A DNA stretch of 64,000 nucleotides from an uncultured Verrucomicrobiaceae bacterium (GCA_964638025.1 CAZWXW010000003.1:15126-79125), one strand, 5' to 3'. Counted from the first letter of the stretch, positions 46,004 to 55,013 are shown. Numbers and translations: made by a program. The notes: generated from the letters alone by a model not told the origin.

Positions 46004-47202
46004 CGCGACACCTCCAGTTGCAGCGCGGCAACAGGCGCGACATCGGCCTCTTCTTCATCCGGCACATCGTCATGCAGGTTGTCGGCAATGCGGATGTCCA
46101 GCGCATTGCGCAGGGCTTCACCCATGAAGGTCAACAGCAGCAGCGTGGAGACCAGCACGGTGAATGCACCCAGTGAAATCCACCAGGCATCGAGATTGGA
46201 TTTGCCCTGCTGCAGCAGCTGCCCGAGGCTCGGCGAATGGGCGCCCACGCCGAGCCCGAGAAAATCCAGGCTCGCCAGCGCCATGATGGAACCGCTCATG
46301 CGGAACGGCAGGAAGGTGATGACCGGCGTCAGCGAGTTCGGCAGGATGTGTCGCCAGATGATCTGCCCATGCGACAGCCCCATGGTCTGTGCCGCCTTGA
46401 CGAATTCGAGCTGACGGTTGCGCAGGAATTCCGTGCGCATGTAGTCGGACAAGCCTATCCAGCTGAACAGCGATAACAGGATGAACAGCAGGAGCAGCGA
46501 CGGCTCGAATATCGAAACGAAAATGATCAGCAGGTAAAGCTCGGGCATCGAGCCCCAGATTTCGATCAGACGTTGTGCAAACAGATCCAGCTTGCCGGCG
46601 AAATAGCCCTGCACGGCGCCGATGATGATGCCGAAGACAGTACCCACCAGCGTCAGCACCAGCCCGAAGGTCACCGAGACACGAAAGCCATACAGCAGGC
46701 GGGCAGTGAGGTCGTAACCGGAGATATCCGTGCCCAGCCAGTTCTCGCGGCTGGGTGGGCCGGGGTTGTGGTGCCCCGACGAAAAATAATTCAGCGTGTT
46801 GTAGTAGTAGAGATTCAGCGGCGCAATCACGAACACGCCGGGCCGGTTCAGGTTCTGCTTGATGACGGGGTCGTTGAAATCGGTCTTGATCGGCAGGTCG
46901 CCGCCGAACACCGTTTCCGGGTAGTCCTTGAACAGCGGGAAATACCACTGCTGTTCGTAATGAACCACCAGCGGCCGGTCGTTGGAGATCAACTCGCCGC
47001 ACAGGCTGATGCCGTAGAGGAACAGGAAGATGATGAGGCTCCAGTAACCGAGCCGGTTGCTCTTGAAGCGCAGCCAGATGCGTCGGCTCGGCGATATCGT
47101 GGCGTCGGTCTCCGGCGGCGTCTCCCTGCGGCGCAGGGATTGCCACAGATAGCGGAGTCGCAACGGAAACCCGGTGATGGAGGTCGTGGTGGGAGCGCTC
47201 AT
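46000..47202 (-). CDS. PepT-family ABC importer permease, YejE-like (cassette 2)
   Basis: ATG 47202 with AGGAGG 6 nt upstream (ORF extends to 47220); paralog of 27190-28350. Confidence 0.85.
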   Translation of the reverse strand: MSAPTTTSITGFPLRLRYLWQSLRRRETPPETDATISPSRRIWLRFKSNRLGYWSLIIFLFLYGISLCGELISNDRPLVVHYEQQWYFPLFKDYPETVFGGDLPIKTDFNDPVIKQNLNRPGVFVIAPLNLYYYNTLNYFSSGHHNPGPPSRENWLGTDISGYDLTARLLYGFRVSVTFGLVLTLVGTVFGIIIGAVQGYFAGKLDLFAQRLIEIWGSMPELYLLIIFVSIFEPSLLLLFILLSLFSWIGLSDYMRTEFLRNRQLEFVKAAQTMGLSHGQIIWRHILPNSLTPVITFLPFRMSGSIMALASLDFLGLGVGAHSPSLGQLLQQGKSNLDAWWISLGAFTVLVSTLLLLTFMGEALRNALDIRIADNLHDDVPDEEEADVAPVAALQLEVSR

Positions 47203-47203
47203 C

Positions 47204-48268
47204 TCATGCCTCCTGGGCATCGAACTTGATGCGGGGATCGACGAACACGTAGGCGATATCTCCCAGCAGCTTTATCAGCAGGCCAATCAGCGTGAAGAGG
47301 TAAAGCGCGCCCAGCACGATGGGATAGTCGCGACTGTTGATGGCTTCGTAGGAGAGCAGCCCGAGACCGTCCAGCGAGAACAGCGTCTCGATCAGCAGGC
47401 TGCCGGTGAGAAATGCACCGATGAAGGCGCTGGGAAAACCGGTCACCAGTGGCAGCAGCGTGTTGCGGAAGACGTGTTTCCATAGCACGCGACGCTCGGA
47501 CAACCCCTTGGCGCGCGCTGTCATGACATATTGGCGGCGGATCTCTTCGAGAAAGGTGTTCTTGGTCAGCAGTGTCTTGATCGCGAAACTGCTTACCACC
47601 GACGCGGTGACCGGCAGGGTGACGTGCCACAGATAGTCGGTAATCCTGGCGAAGAAACCCAACTCTTCCCAGTTGTCCGACACCAGGCCGCGCAGCGGAA
47701 AGACGTCCCAGAACGAGCCGCCGCCGAACAGCACGATGAGCAGCACGCCCAGTACGAAGCCCGGCACGGCATAGCCGAACAGCACGACGAGGCTGCTGAT
47801 GAAATCGAAGCGGCTGCCCGCCTTGACCGCCTTCGCCACGCCCAGTGGCACCGCGATCAGGTAGGTGAGAAGCAGAGTCCACACCCCGAGGGCCACGGTC
47901 ACACCCAGCTTGTCCTTGATCAGGCTCCAGACACTTTCGCTGCGGAAATAACTTTCACCGAGATCGAAGTGCAGGAAATTGCCAACCATTTGCACATAGC
48001 GCTGCAACAGCGGTTTGTCGAAGCCGTAGAACTCCGTCAGCTGCTCCACCTGCTGCACATCGATGCCCTTTCGCCCGCTGTAATTCCAGCCGCCGGTGGC
48101 GGATGCTCCGCCATCGGTACCGGTTCGGCCGGACTCGGCATTGATCGAGGCGAGCGTGTGCTCCACCGGACCACCCGGCACGAACTGGGTGACCAGGAAG
48201 GTCAGCGTCAGCACACCGAACAGGGTGGGAATCATGATGACCAGGCGTTTCAGCAGGTAGGACCACAT
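47204..48268 (-). CDS. PepT-family ABC importer permease, YejB-like (cassette 2)
   Basis: ATG 48268 gives MWSYLLKRLVIMIPTLFGVLTLTF, matching 26129 copy; ORF start 48316 lies inside a hairpin. Confidence 0.85.
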   Translation of the reverse strand: MWSYLLKRLVIMIPTLFGVLTLTFLVTQFVPGGPVEHTLASINAESGRTGTDGGASATGGWNYSGRKGIDVQQVEQLTEFYGFDKPLLQRYVQMVGNFLHFDLGESYFRSESVWSLIKDKLGVTVALGVWTLLLTYLIAVPLGVAKAVKAGSRFDFISSLVVLFGYAVPGFVLGVLLIVLFGGGSFWDVFPLRGLVSDNWEELGFFARITDYLWHVTLPVTASVVSSFAIKTLLTKNTFLEEIRRQYVMTARAKGLSERRVLWKHVFRNTLLPLVTGFPSAFIGAFLTGSLLIETLFSLDGLGLLSYEAINSRDYPIVLGALYLFTLIGLLIKLLGDIAYVFVDPRIKFDAQEA

Positions 48269-48300
48269 GGCGGCGGGGTACTTGGTTTTTTTCCGTGGAT

Positions 48301-48337
48301 AAAAGGCCCGGCGCACTGACTGGTTGAGTGCCGGGCC
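48301..48337 (-). terminator. Hairpin plus T-run between the DszA-like gene and yejB-like 2 (terminator or attenuator)
   Basis: Minus strand GGCCCGGCACT-CAACCAGTC-AGTG(CG)CCGGGCC followed by TTTTA; only about 32 nt remain before ATG 48268. Confidence 0.45.
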
Positions 48338-48353
48338 GTGTCATCGCAACCAC

Positions 48354-49700
48354 TCAGGCCGCGTTGGAATCGCGGATGCCGTGAGGGTTGGCGGGGCGCT
48401 GCAGGCCCAGGTTTTCCCGGAAGGTTCTGCCCTCGTACTCGGTGCGAAACAGGCCGCGCCGCTGCAGCTCCGGCACCACCAGACGAACGAAATCTTCGAA
48501 TCCCTGCGGCAGATAGGGCGGAATCACGTTGAAGCCATCGGCCGCACGCTCGACGAACCACTGCTCGATGGTGTCGGCGACCGTTTTTACCGAACCAATT
48601 ACCTGCACGTGACCGCGTGCGACGCGGAAGCGCAGTACCAATTGGCGGATGGTCAGGTTTTCACGGCGCGCCAGTTCCAGTTGCTGCTGGAAACGGCCCT
48701 GGCCGTTTTTGCCCGGGCGGTAGGGCAGGTCTGGCAGCGGGCCATCCAGCGGATAGTCGGAGAGGTCGAAGCCGCCAAACTGCACCTTGTCGAGCTTGAC
48801 CAGCGCCTGCAGTTCATTGAAGCGGTCCTGCGCCTCCTGATCGGATTCCGCCACCACCACCGACAGGCCGGGCGAGATCTTGAGCTGGTCTTCTTCGCGA
48901 CCGTACTTGGCCATGCGGTTTTTGACGTCCTTGTAAAACTCCTTGCCCACGTCGAGCGAATTGGCCGAGCAATAACTCATTTCCGCAATGCGGGCGGCAA
49001 ACTCGCGGCCGGTGTCGGAGTTGCCGGCCTGCACCAGTACCGGATAACCCTGGATGGGACGCGGAAAGTCCAGCAGGCCGTCGGAGGAAAAGTAGTTGCC
49101 CTGGAACTTGACCGGATGCGCCGACTCCGGACGGTAGAACACCCCGGCCCTGCGGTCGGGATTGTCGAAGGCATCGTCGTCGTAACTGTCCCACAGCGCC
49201 TTGGTCAGCTCCACGAACTCGGCGGCACGCGCGTAGCGATCGTCATGTTCGCGCTCTTCCCTGATGCCGAAATTCCTTGCCGTGTGGTCGCCATAGGACG
49301 ACACGATGTTCCAGCCGGCTCGTCCCCCGCTGATGTGATCCAGCGACGTGAATTTGCGCGCCACATGATAGGGAGAGTCGTAATTGGTGTTCACCGTGGC
49401 CACCAGGCCAATGTGTCTGGTCGCGGTGGCAATCGCGGACAACAGCGTAAATGGCTCGAACTGGTAGCTGAGGCCGCCGCGCCCGGTGTTCTCGGAGATT
49501 TCGCCGGAGCGACCGATGAAGTCGGCAAGAAAAAACGTATCGAACTTGGCCGACTCGGCAAGCTTGGCCGCGTTGATCCACCAGTTCAGGTCAGGGCGCC
49601 CGTTGCCGGTGGAGCTGTGGTGACGCCAGGCCGCTGAATGGTGGCCGAAGCGCTGGAAAAATACATTCAGGACCAGTTGGCGTTTTTTCTTGCTGCTCAC
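48354..49700 (-). CDS. LLM-class flavin monooxygenase of the NtaA/SnaA/DszA(SoxA) family
   Basis: 448 aa; LVLNVFFQRFGHHSAAWRH, FFLADF, GRAGWNIVSS, PVLVQAGNSDTGREFAA, GFNVIPPYLPQGFEDF; directly downstream of DszB-like P4. Confidence 0.85.
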   Translation of the reverse strand: MSSKKKRQLVLNVFFQRFGHHSAAWRHHSSTGNGRPDLNWWINAAKLAESAKFDTFFLADFIGRSGEISENTGRGGLSYQFEPFTLLSAIATATRHIGLVATVNTNYDSPYHVARKFTSLDHISGGRAGWNIVSSYGDHTARNFGIREEREHDDRYARAAEFVELTKALWDSYDDDAFDNPDRRAGVFYRPESAHPVKFQGNYFSSDGLLDFPRPIQGYPVLVQAGNSDTGREFAARIAEMSYCSANSLDVGKEFYKDVKNRMAKYGREEDQLKISPGLSVVVAESDQEAQDRFNELQALVKLDKVQFGGFDLSDYPLDGPLPDLPYRPGKNGQGRFQQQLELARRENLTIRQLVLRFRVARGHVQVIGSVKTVADTIEQWFVERAADGFNVIPPYLPQGFEDFVRLVVPELQRRGLFRTEYEGRTFRENLGLQRPANPHGIRDSNAA

Positions 49701-49783
49701 GATTCATCTCTCGCTCAAACGGGATGCAACGGAGTGACGGGCCACTTGGCCCGTCACCGTTTCTGGCTGTTTCAGCCAACGTT

Positions 49784-50866
49784 TCAGGCGGCGTCCCGAT
49801 CTTTCCGTGCACGCTCCTGTTCCACCAGCTTGCGCGCCTCTTCGAGCGGCCAGCTGACGATCCAGTCGTTGATATCGAAGTTGTCCTTGAAATAGCCCCA
49901 GGCATGCAGGAAGTCCTTCTGCACTTCCAGGCCGCGGATATATTCCGGTGTGAGCTTGGGTGTGAAGGAGAGATGCACATCCTCGCCATGCGAGCCGATC
50001 ACTTCCGCGGTGGTGGCACCGCCATCTTCCGGCGCCAGCAGGGACAGCACCTCGTCGCGGTGCCGGGCTGCCCACTCCGCCGTGCGCAGCAACACCGCCA
50101 GGTAGCGCACGACCACATCGGGATGCTTGTCGAGGAACGCGCGATCCACCGTGACCGGTCGCGGCGTGCCATTGTTCACGCGCAGCAGCGGATCGCTCAG
50201 CGTGTTGATGTTGATGACTTCGTGGAATTTCGGATCTTGCGACAGGCGATAGCCACGCGCGAAGCGCACGAAGATGGCGTCGACGCGACCCTCCTCCAGT
50301 GCCGAAAATACGCTGTCCCTGCGATCGCGCGGTATCTCCCGGCGCGCCCCATCCTGGATGTCATAGCTGTCGGATTCGATGTCCACGAGGATGGCGTCGT
50401 CGACCGTCAGGCCAGCCTGCGCCAGCGCCGTCTGATAACCGTGCTGTGCCGCGCCGCGCTGGAAATCGATGACCGCGTTGCGATGCAACGGCACGGCCAG
50501 CCGCTTGCCCTTGAGATCGGCCGGTGTGCGAATACCGCTGTCGGCGCGAGTGATGACGCCCTGGTATTCATCCAGCCAGGTGATGCCGATGACCACCGTC
50601 TCCTGTCCGATTCCGCGCGCCCAGATCGGCGGAATATTCCCGCCTTCGCGGAACATGCCGCTCTGGCGGTGGTGGTAGTGGGAGTTGCGGACCTCCAGGC
50701 TGTCGGAGTCGCGCAGCGAGTGCAGGAGGGTGCCGGGCTTGGCGAACTCCTCCTGCAGCCATTTCTTGCCGATGGCCAGCGCCGAAGCCGTCGCAGAGCC
50801 GCAACGCGTGTAATAGAGCTCGACGGGCGCGGTGGCCCCGGATGCATTTTCGTTTTGTTGAGACAT
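49784..50866 (-). CDS. DszB-like SsuA-fold paralog P4 (putative sulfinate desulfinase; Cys retained)
   Basis: 360 aa; no signal peptide; LYYTRCGSATA, SHYHHRQSGMFREGG, VIGITWLDEYQG, LKGKRLAVP. Confidence 0.75.
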   Translation of the reverse strand: MSQQNENASGATAPVELYYTRCGSATASALAIGKKWLQEEFAKPGTLLHSLRDSDSLEVRNSHYHHRQSGMFREGGNIPPIWARGIGQETVVIGITWLDEYQGVITRADSGIRTPADLKGKRLAVPLHRNAVIDFQRGAAQHGYQTALAQAGLTVDDAILVDIESDSYDIQDGARREIPRDRRDSVFSALEEGRVDAIFVRFARGYRLSQDPKFHEVININTLSDPLLRVNNGTPRPVTVDRAFLDKHPDVVVRYLAVLLRTAEWAARHRDEVLSLLAPEDGGATTAEVIGSHGEDVHLSFTPKLTPEYIRGLEVQKDFLHAWGYFKDNFDINDWIVSWPLEEARKLVEQERARKDRDAA

Positions 50867-50915
50867 GACGTTGCCCCTCCTGGCATGGTGTCAAGGCGTT
50901 TTGCAGAGCTGACAG

Positions 50916-50931
50916 AGCATGCTCCATGCCA
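50916..50931 (-). promoter_or_regulatory. Candidate sigma-54 promoter upstream of the P4 / DszA-like operon
   Basis: Minus strand reads TGGCATGGAGCATGCT; correct spacing; 50 nt upstream of ATG 50866. Confidence 0.55.
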
Positions 50932-51379
50932 GCTTGCCGAATGCCGCTGTCCCGGCGGCGACTGTCGCCATTGAATCCACTTATTTTCACGGGGATTTCG
51001 CCGAAAAATCGGCCTGGAACAACTTTGAACGAGTTGTCTATCCGGGACGGTTGCCGCCGCCATGTCGGGGAGCGCTGCTGTTTTCAGCGATGCCTGTGCG
51101 TTTAATCCAGCAGGGGATGCGCAGTACTGTTGAAATTTACGCGGCGTACGCGGCGGCGGTGGCCGCTCGCCAGCTGCGACCGGCGCCTTCCTTCTCGCCC
51201 GAACATGGCGGTCGGGTGCAATCGCATGTCATCAATGAAAATACACGTCGTCTGAATCACCGCGTCGATGAGAGTAGAGAAAATAAACTGCGTCTATTTT
51301 CTTTTCGAAGATTTCTTGTCGCAGAAAATGGCGTCATCAGATATCGAAGCACGAATTGGAAAATGGTTATTTTTTTCCA

Positions 51380-51395
51380 TGGCATGGTTTTCGCT
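51380..51395 (+). promoter_or_regulatory. Candidate sigma-54 promoter upstream of TBDR3
   Basis: TGGCATGGTTTTCGCT; correct spacing; 72 nt upstream of ATG 51467; divergent from the 50916-50931 site. Confidence 0.5.
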
Positions 51396-51466
51396 TTTGT
51401 CCCCGCCCAGTCGCTGCAGAGAATTCAGGCCATGCTGGCCATGCGGCTTTTTCAATGGGGAATCAC

Positions 51467-53995
51467 ATGCACACCACCAACCAAAAAAAGCAGCGGAATG
51501 TCGCTGAAAAAATATATCTGACCGCGAAAGCATTTCGTCGAAATGCTATTTATGCGGCACTTGCCGGCACCGCCATGATGGCTTCAGCTCATGCTGCTGA
51601 TGCGACAGCAGCTGATGAAAGTGCAGCAAAGGTAACTGCATCTTCAGCAGAGGGAGTCATCCAGGAATCGAAAGTCTCGTCGGATTCCGCAGCGAAAGAA
51701 GGGAGTTCGGCGGGCCGGGGCCGCGCTCTCGGTGCCGTGGTCGTCACCGCGCAAAAGCGTACACAGAATCTGCAGGAAGTACCGGTGGCGATCACGGCCA
51801 TCAGAGGTGACGCCGTTCGCGAAAAGGCCATTCTCCTTTCCACCGATGTTGAACGGCTGGTTCCAAACCTGTCGGCCGAAGGTGGCGGTCGCAGCGGAAA
51901 GCCGCGCTGGTTCCTGCGTGGTATCGGCACCAACGATCCCAATCAGAACCAGGACGGACCGCTCTCCATTTACGTCGACGAGGTGGTGGTGGGCTACCAG
52001 TCCAGCCAGAGTTTCCCGCTTTACGACCTGGAGCGAGTAGAGGTTCTGCGCGGTCCGCAGGGTACGCTGTGGGGAAAGAACAATACGGGCGGCGCCATTC
52101 ATTACATCAGTAAAAAGCCGAGCTTCACCTCGGGTGGCTATACCAAACTGACCTACAGCCCCAGTGACGAAGGGCGCGAGATCGAAGCGGCATATGGCGG
52201 AGCCATCGTCGAAGATGTTCTGGCAGGGCGTTTCTCCTTCTATCAGGAAAGCGCTGAAGGCTATGCCAAAAACGAGGCGGGGGACGATCTGGGGGCTTCC
52301 AAATACGGTCCATCAACGGACGACGTCAATGTTCGCGTCCAGTTTCTGGCCAATATCACATCAAATCTCGATGCACATCTGATTCTCAGCACGCGTCGCC
52401 TGAATGGCGGCGACTCTTCACCGAGTTACCCGGTCGGCGCGACGACGGATCCGCTCACCGAGCTTACGGTCGTCAATCCAAGCGGGGCCTGGCTCATCAA
52501 CGGCAAGCCTTTCACGCCGAGCTACGGCAGCGATCCCGACTATGACGACGATTACTTCGATGGCACTGGAAGCAGCAAGGTCGAATTCAACAATGCCACG
52601 CTGAAGTTCAACTGGCAGCTGGGTGACAACACGCTGACCTCCATCAGTGCCTACAACACCCGCGAAGGCAACTCCTTCTCGCTGGTGAGCGTCCCGCTGG
52701 AAAGCTACTCCAATCGCAGCTCTGGTTTCAGTGCACTGGATACCGAACAGGTGACCCAGGAGCTGCGCCTGACATCGCCACAGGATCAGAGGCTGAGCTG
52801 GATACTCGGCGCTTACTACTATGACCTGACAGCACACAACCGCAGTCGCACCGCACGCTTCGACTTCGCGCCCTCCGAGGTGAGCGACCCCACTTATCCC
52901 GCGCCGGCAAACTATCGTCAGTACTCGCTGAGCTCCTGGGATCAGGACTCCGAGAGCAAGGCCGTCTTCGGCAATGCCCGCTTCTGTTTCACGGATGACC
53001 TGTCGCTGATAGTGGGTCTGCGCCAGACCTGGGAAGAAAAGGAGATCACGATTTCCTCGACGACTTATCGCGCCACCCATTTCAACTATCTGAGCCAGAA
53101 TGGCTGGTATCTGCCGGGCGGGATTGCGTTTACCGCAGCCGGCCTCAATGTCCAGCCGACAGTGGTCGGCAATGAGAAGGATTGGTCCGAATTCACCTGG
53201 GATGTCACACCGGAGTACCGCTTCTCTCCGAATGTTCTGGGTTATGGCCGTATCGCCAAGGGTTTTCGTTCCGGCGGCTTCAACTCATCCATCAACAATG
53301 GTCAGGTCTACGAAACGGATCCGGAGACGCTGATCGCCTATGAACTGGGTTTGAAGACATCGCTGTTCGATGATCGCCTTACGCTGAATACCGCGCTGTT
53401 CCATTACGATATCGAGAATATCGCGCTCAACATCCAGCGCGCCTTCTGGAACAGCACCACCAGCACCTGGACCACCAGTGCGCTGGGTCAGTCCGATGGG
53501 CAGGTCACGGGTATCGAGTTCGAAGCGGATTCGCAGGTAACCAGCAACTGGCATCTCGGTGGCTCCCTGGGTTACTTGCAATCCAAGTACACCGACTTCC
53601 TTTACAACATCGGTGGCGCCGGGCCTTTTGATGCCAGCGGCAACAGCTTCTACCGGACACCGGAACTCTCCTTTCGAGTCGATACCGACTACACGATTCC
53701 GTTTTCCTTCGGCGATCTCATCCTTTCGACGGACTGGTCGTACCGCAGCAAGATCTATCACAACGCCACTGTTCAGCATGACCCGCGACAGGAGACGCCG
53801 GGCTACTGGATAGGCAACGTCCGCGCACGCTATGCACCGTCCGACAGAGCATGGGAGGTGGCTGCCTATGCCAACAACGTGCTGGACGAAGTGTCGATCT
53901 ACTTGCGTCAGATCGCCAATCCCAACAGCGGAACGCAGCCGAACTCATTCAGCCAGGCGCGTTCCTACGGGGTTTCCGTTACCTGGAATTTCTGA
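51467..53995 (+). CDS. TonB-dependent receptor, TBDR3
   Basis: In ORF 51356-53995; ATG 51467; signal peptide ...ALAGTAMMASAHA; GAVVVTAQKRTQ, RWFLRGIGT, GPQGTLWGKNNTGGAIHY; C-terminal ...SVTWNF. Confidence 0.9.
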   Translation: MHTTNQKKQRNVAEKIYLTAKAFRRNAIYAALAGTAMMASAHAADATAADESAAKVTASSAEGVIQESKVSSDSAAKEGSSAGRGRALGAVVVTAQKRTQNLQEVPVAITAIRGDAVREKAILLSTDVERLVPNLSAEGGGRSGKPRWFLRGIGTNDPNQNQDGPLSIYVDEVVVGYQSSQSFPLYDLERVEVLRGPQGTLWGKNNTGGAIHYISKKPSFTSGGYTKLTYSPSDEGREIEAAYGGAIVEDVLAGRFSFYQESAEGYAKNEAGDDLGASKYGPSTDDVNVRVQFLANITSNLDAHLILSTRRLNGGDSSPSYPVGATTDPLTELTVVNPSGAWLINGKPFTPSYGSDPDYDDDYFDGTGSSKVEFNNATLKFNWQLGDNTLTSISAYNTREGNSFSLVSVPLESYSNRSSGFSALDTEQVTQELRLTSPQDQRLSWILGAYYYDLTAHNRSRTARFDFAPSEVSDPTYPAPANYRQYSLSSWDQDSESKAVFGNARFCFTDDLSLIVGLRQTWEEKEITISSTTYRATHFNYLSQNGWYLPGGIAFTAAGLNVQPTVVGNEKDWSEFTWDVTPEYRFSPNVLGYGRIAKGFRSGGFNSSINNGQVYETDPETLIAYELGLKTSLFDDRLTLNTALFHYDIENIALNIQRAFWNSTTSTWTTSALGQSDGQVTGIEFEADSQVTSNWHLGGSLGYLQSKYTDFLYNIGGAGPFDASGNSFYRTPELSFRVDTDYTIPFSFGDLILSTDWSYRSKIYHNATVQHDPRQETPGYWIGNVRARYAPSDRAWEVAAYANNVLDEVSIYLRQIANPNSGTQPNSFSQARSYGVSVTWNF

Positions 53996-54026
53996 TCAGG
54001 TTCGCGGTATCAAGTCGGAGATGGCA

Positions 54027-54066
54027 GGCAGGGCTTTCGGGTTGGCCGAAGCCCTGCCCGCTTTTT
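54027..54066 (+). terminator. Rho-independent terminator after TBDR3
   Basis: GGCAGGGCTT(T)CGG-GTTGG-CCGAAGCCCTGCC (13 bp, one bulge) followed by CGCTTTTT. Confidence 0.65.
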
Positions 54067-54923
54067 CACGACAAACTCTTTTTCAGGAATGCAATCGTCC
54101 GCGACCACGCCAGCTCGGCAGATGCCTTGTCGTAGCGCGCGGCGGAGGTGTCGTTGTTGAAGGCGTGGTTCGCGCCTTCATAAATGAACAGCGCGTACTT
54201 CTTGTTCGCCGCCTTCAGCGCCTGCTCGAAAGCGGGAATGCCCTCGTTGATACGCTGGTCCAGTCCGGCGTAGTGCAGTTGCAGCGGCGCCTGAATCTTT
54301 TCCACATCGCCACTGGCGGGCTGCCGGCCGTAGTAGACGACGCCGGCATTCAGCGCCGGGTCGTGTACCGCCAGTTCGCCGACCTTGCCGCCGCCCCAGC
54401 AGAAGCCGACAGCGCCGACACGACCGTTGCCGCGCGGATGTGTCGCCAGAAACTGTCGCGCAGCCAGCAGGTTCTTTCGGGTAACGCCGGCATCGAGATT
54501 GGCAATCAGTTCGCGCGCCGCATCCTCGTCGGTGGGCGTGCCGCCTGTCGGTGACAGGAAGTCGGGTGCCAGCGCCAGGAATCCCGCGGCCGCGAATCGG
54601 CGCGCCACGTCTTCGATGTGTGCATTCAACCCGCGATTTTCATGGATGACGATGACGGCCGGCAGTGCGTTGTCACCCTTTGGCTGGGCCAGATAGCCGT
54701 TGAATTCGGCGTTGTCGGGAATGGCAACGCGCTGCGTTTGCAGGCGCGGGTCGGTGTCGGCGATGACCGTGGCGGCGGAGGTATTGGCCGCCAGCAGCGG
54801 CAGCAGCGTGGCGGCACAGGCAGTGCTGCCGGAAAGGCGCGCGAGACGCGCCATGAAGCTGCGTCGGTCGAGTGCGGTGTGAGTGAATTCGTCGTAGAGG
54901 TCGATCATGGCTTGGCTGATCAC
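54066..54923 (-). CDS. Dienelactone hydrolase family protein with Tat-type signal
   Basis: DRRSFMARLARL twin-Arg motif; AVIVIHENRGLNAHIEDVARR, GAVGFCWGG nucleophile elbow, GANHAF. Confidence 0.8.
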   Translation of the reverse strand: MISQAMIDLYDEFTHTALDRRSFMARLARLSGSTACAATLLPLLAANTSAATVIADTDPRLQTQRVAIPDNAEFNGYLAQPKGDNALPAVIVIHENRGLNAHIEDVARRFAAAGFLALAPDFLSPTGGTPTDEDAARELIANLDAGVTRKNLLAARQFLATHPRGNGRVGAVGFCWGGGKVGELAVHDPALNAGVVYYGRQPASGDVEKIQAPLQLHYAGLDQRINEGIPAFEQALKAANKKYALFIYEGANHAFNNDTSAARYDKASAELAWSRTIAFLKKSLS

Positions 54924-54997
54924 GAGGCAACTCCTTTATTTGCAATCGGTGTGGATGAATGTCGAGTTGATACAGCTATTCCTTCAGTAAGTTCTTC

Positions 54998-55013
54998 AGC
55001 ACATGCCGTGCCA
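54998..55013 (-). promoter_or_regulatory. Candidate sigma-54 promoter upstream of the dienelactone hydrolase gene
   Basis: Minus strand reads TGGCACGGCATGTGCT (closest to the TGGCACG-N4-TTGCW consensus); 75 nt upstream of start 54923. Confidence 0.55.

Noticed and set aside
50881-50905. Plus-strand TGGCATGG ... TTTGCA next to the P4 start
   Set aside because: The GG-to-GC distance is 21 nt rather than 12. No plus-strand gene follows within a sensible distance before the 51380 site.
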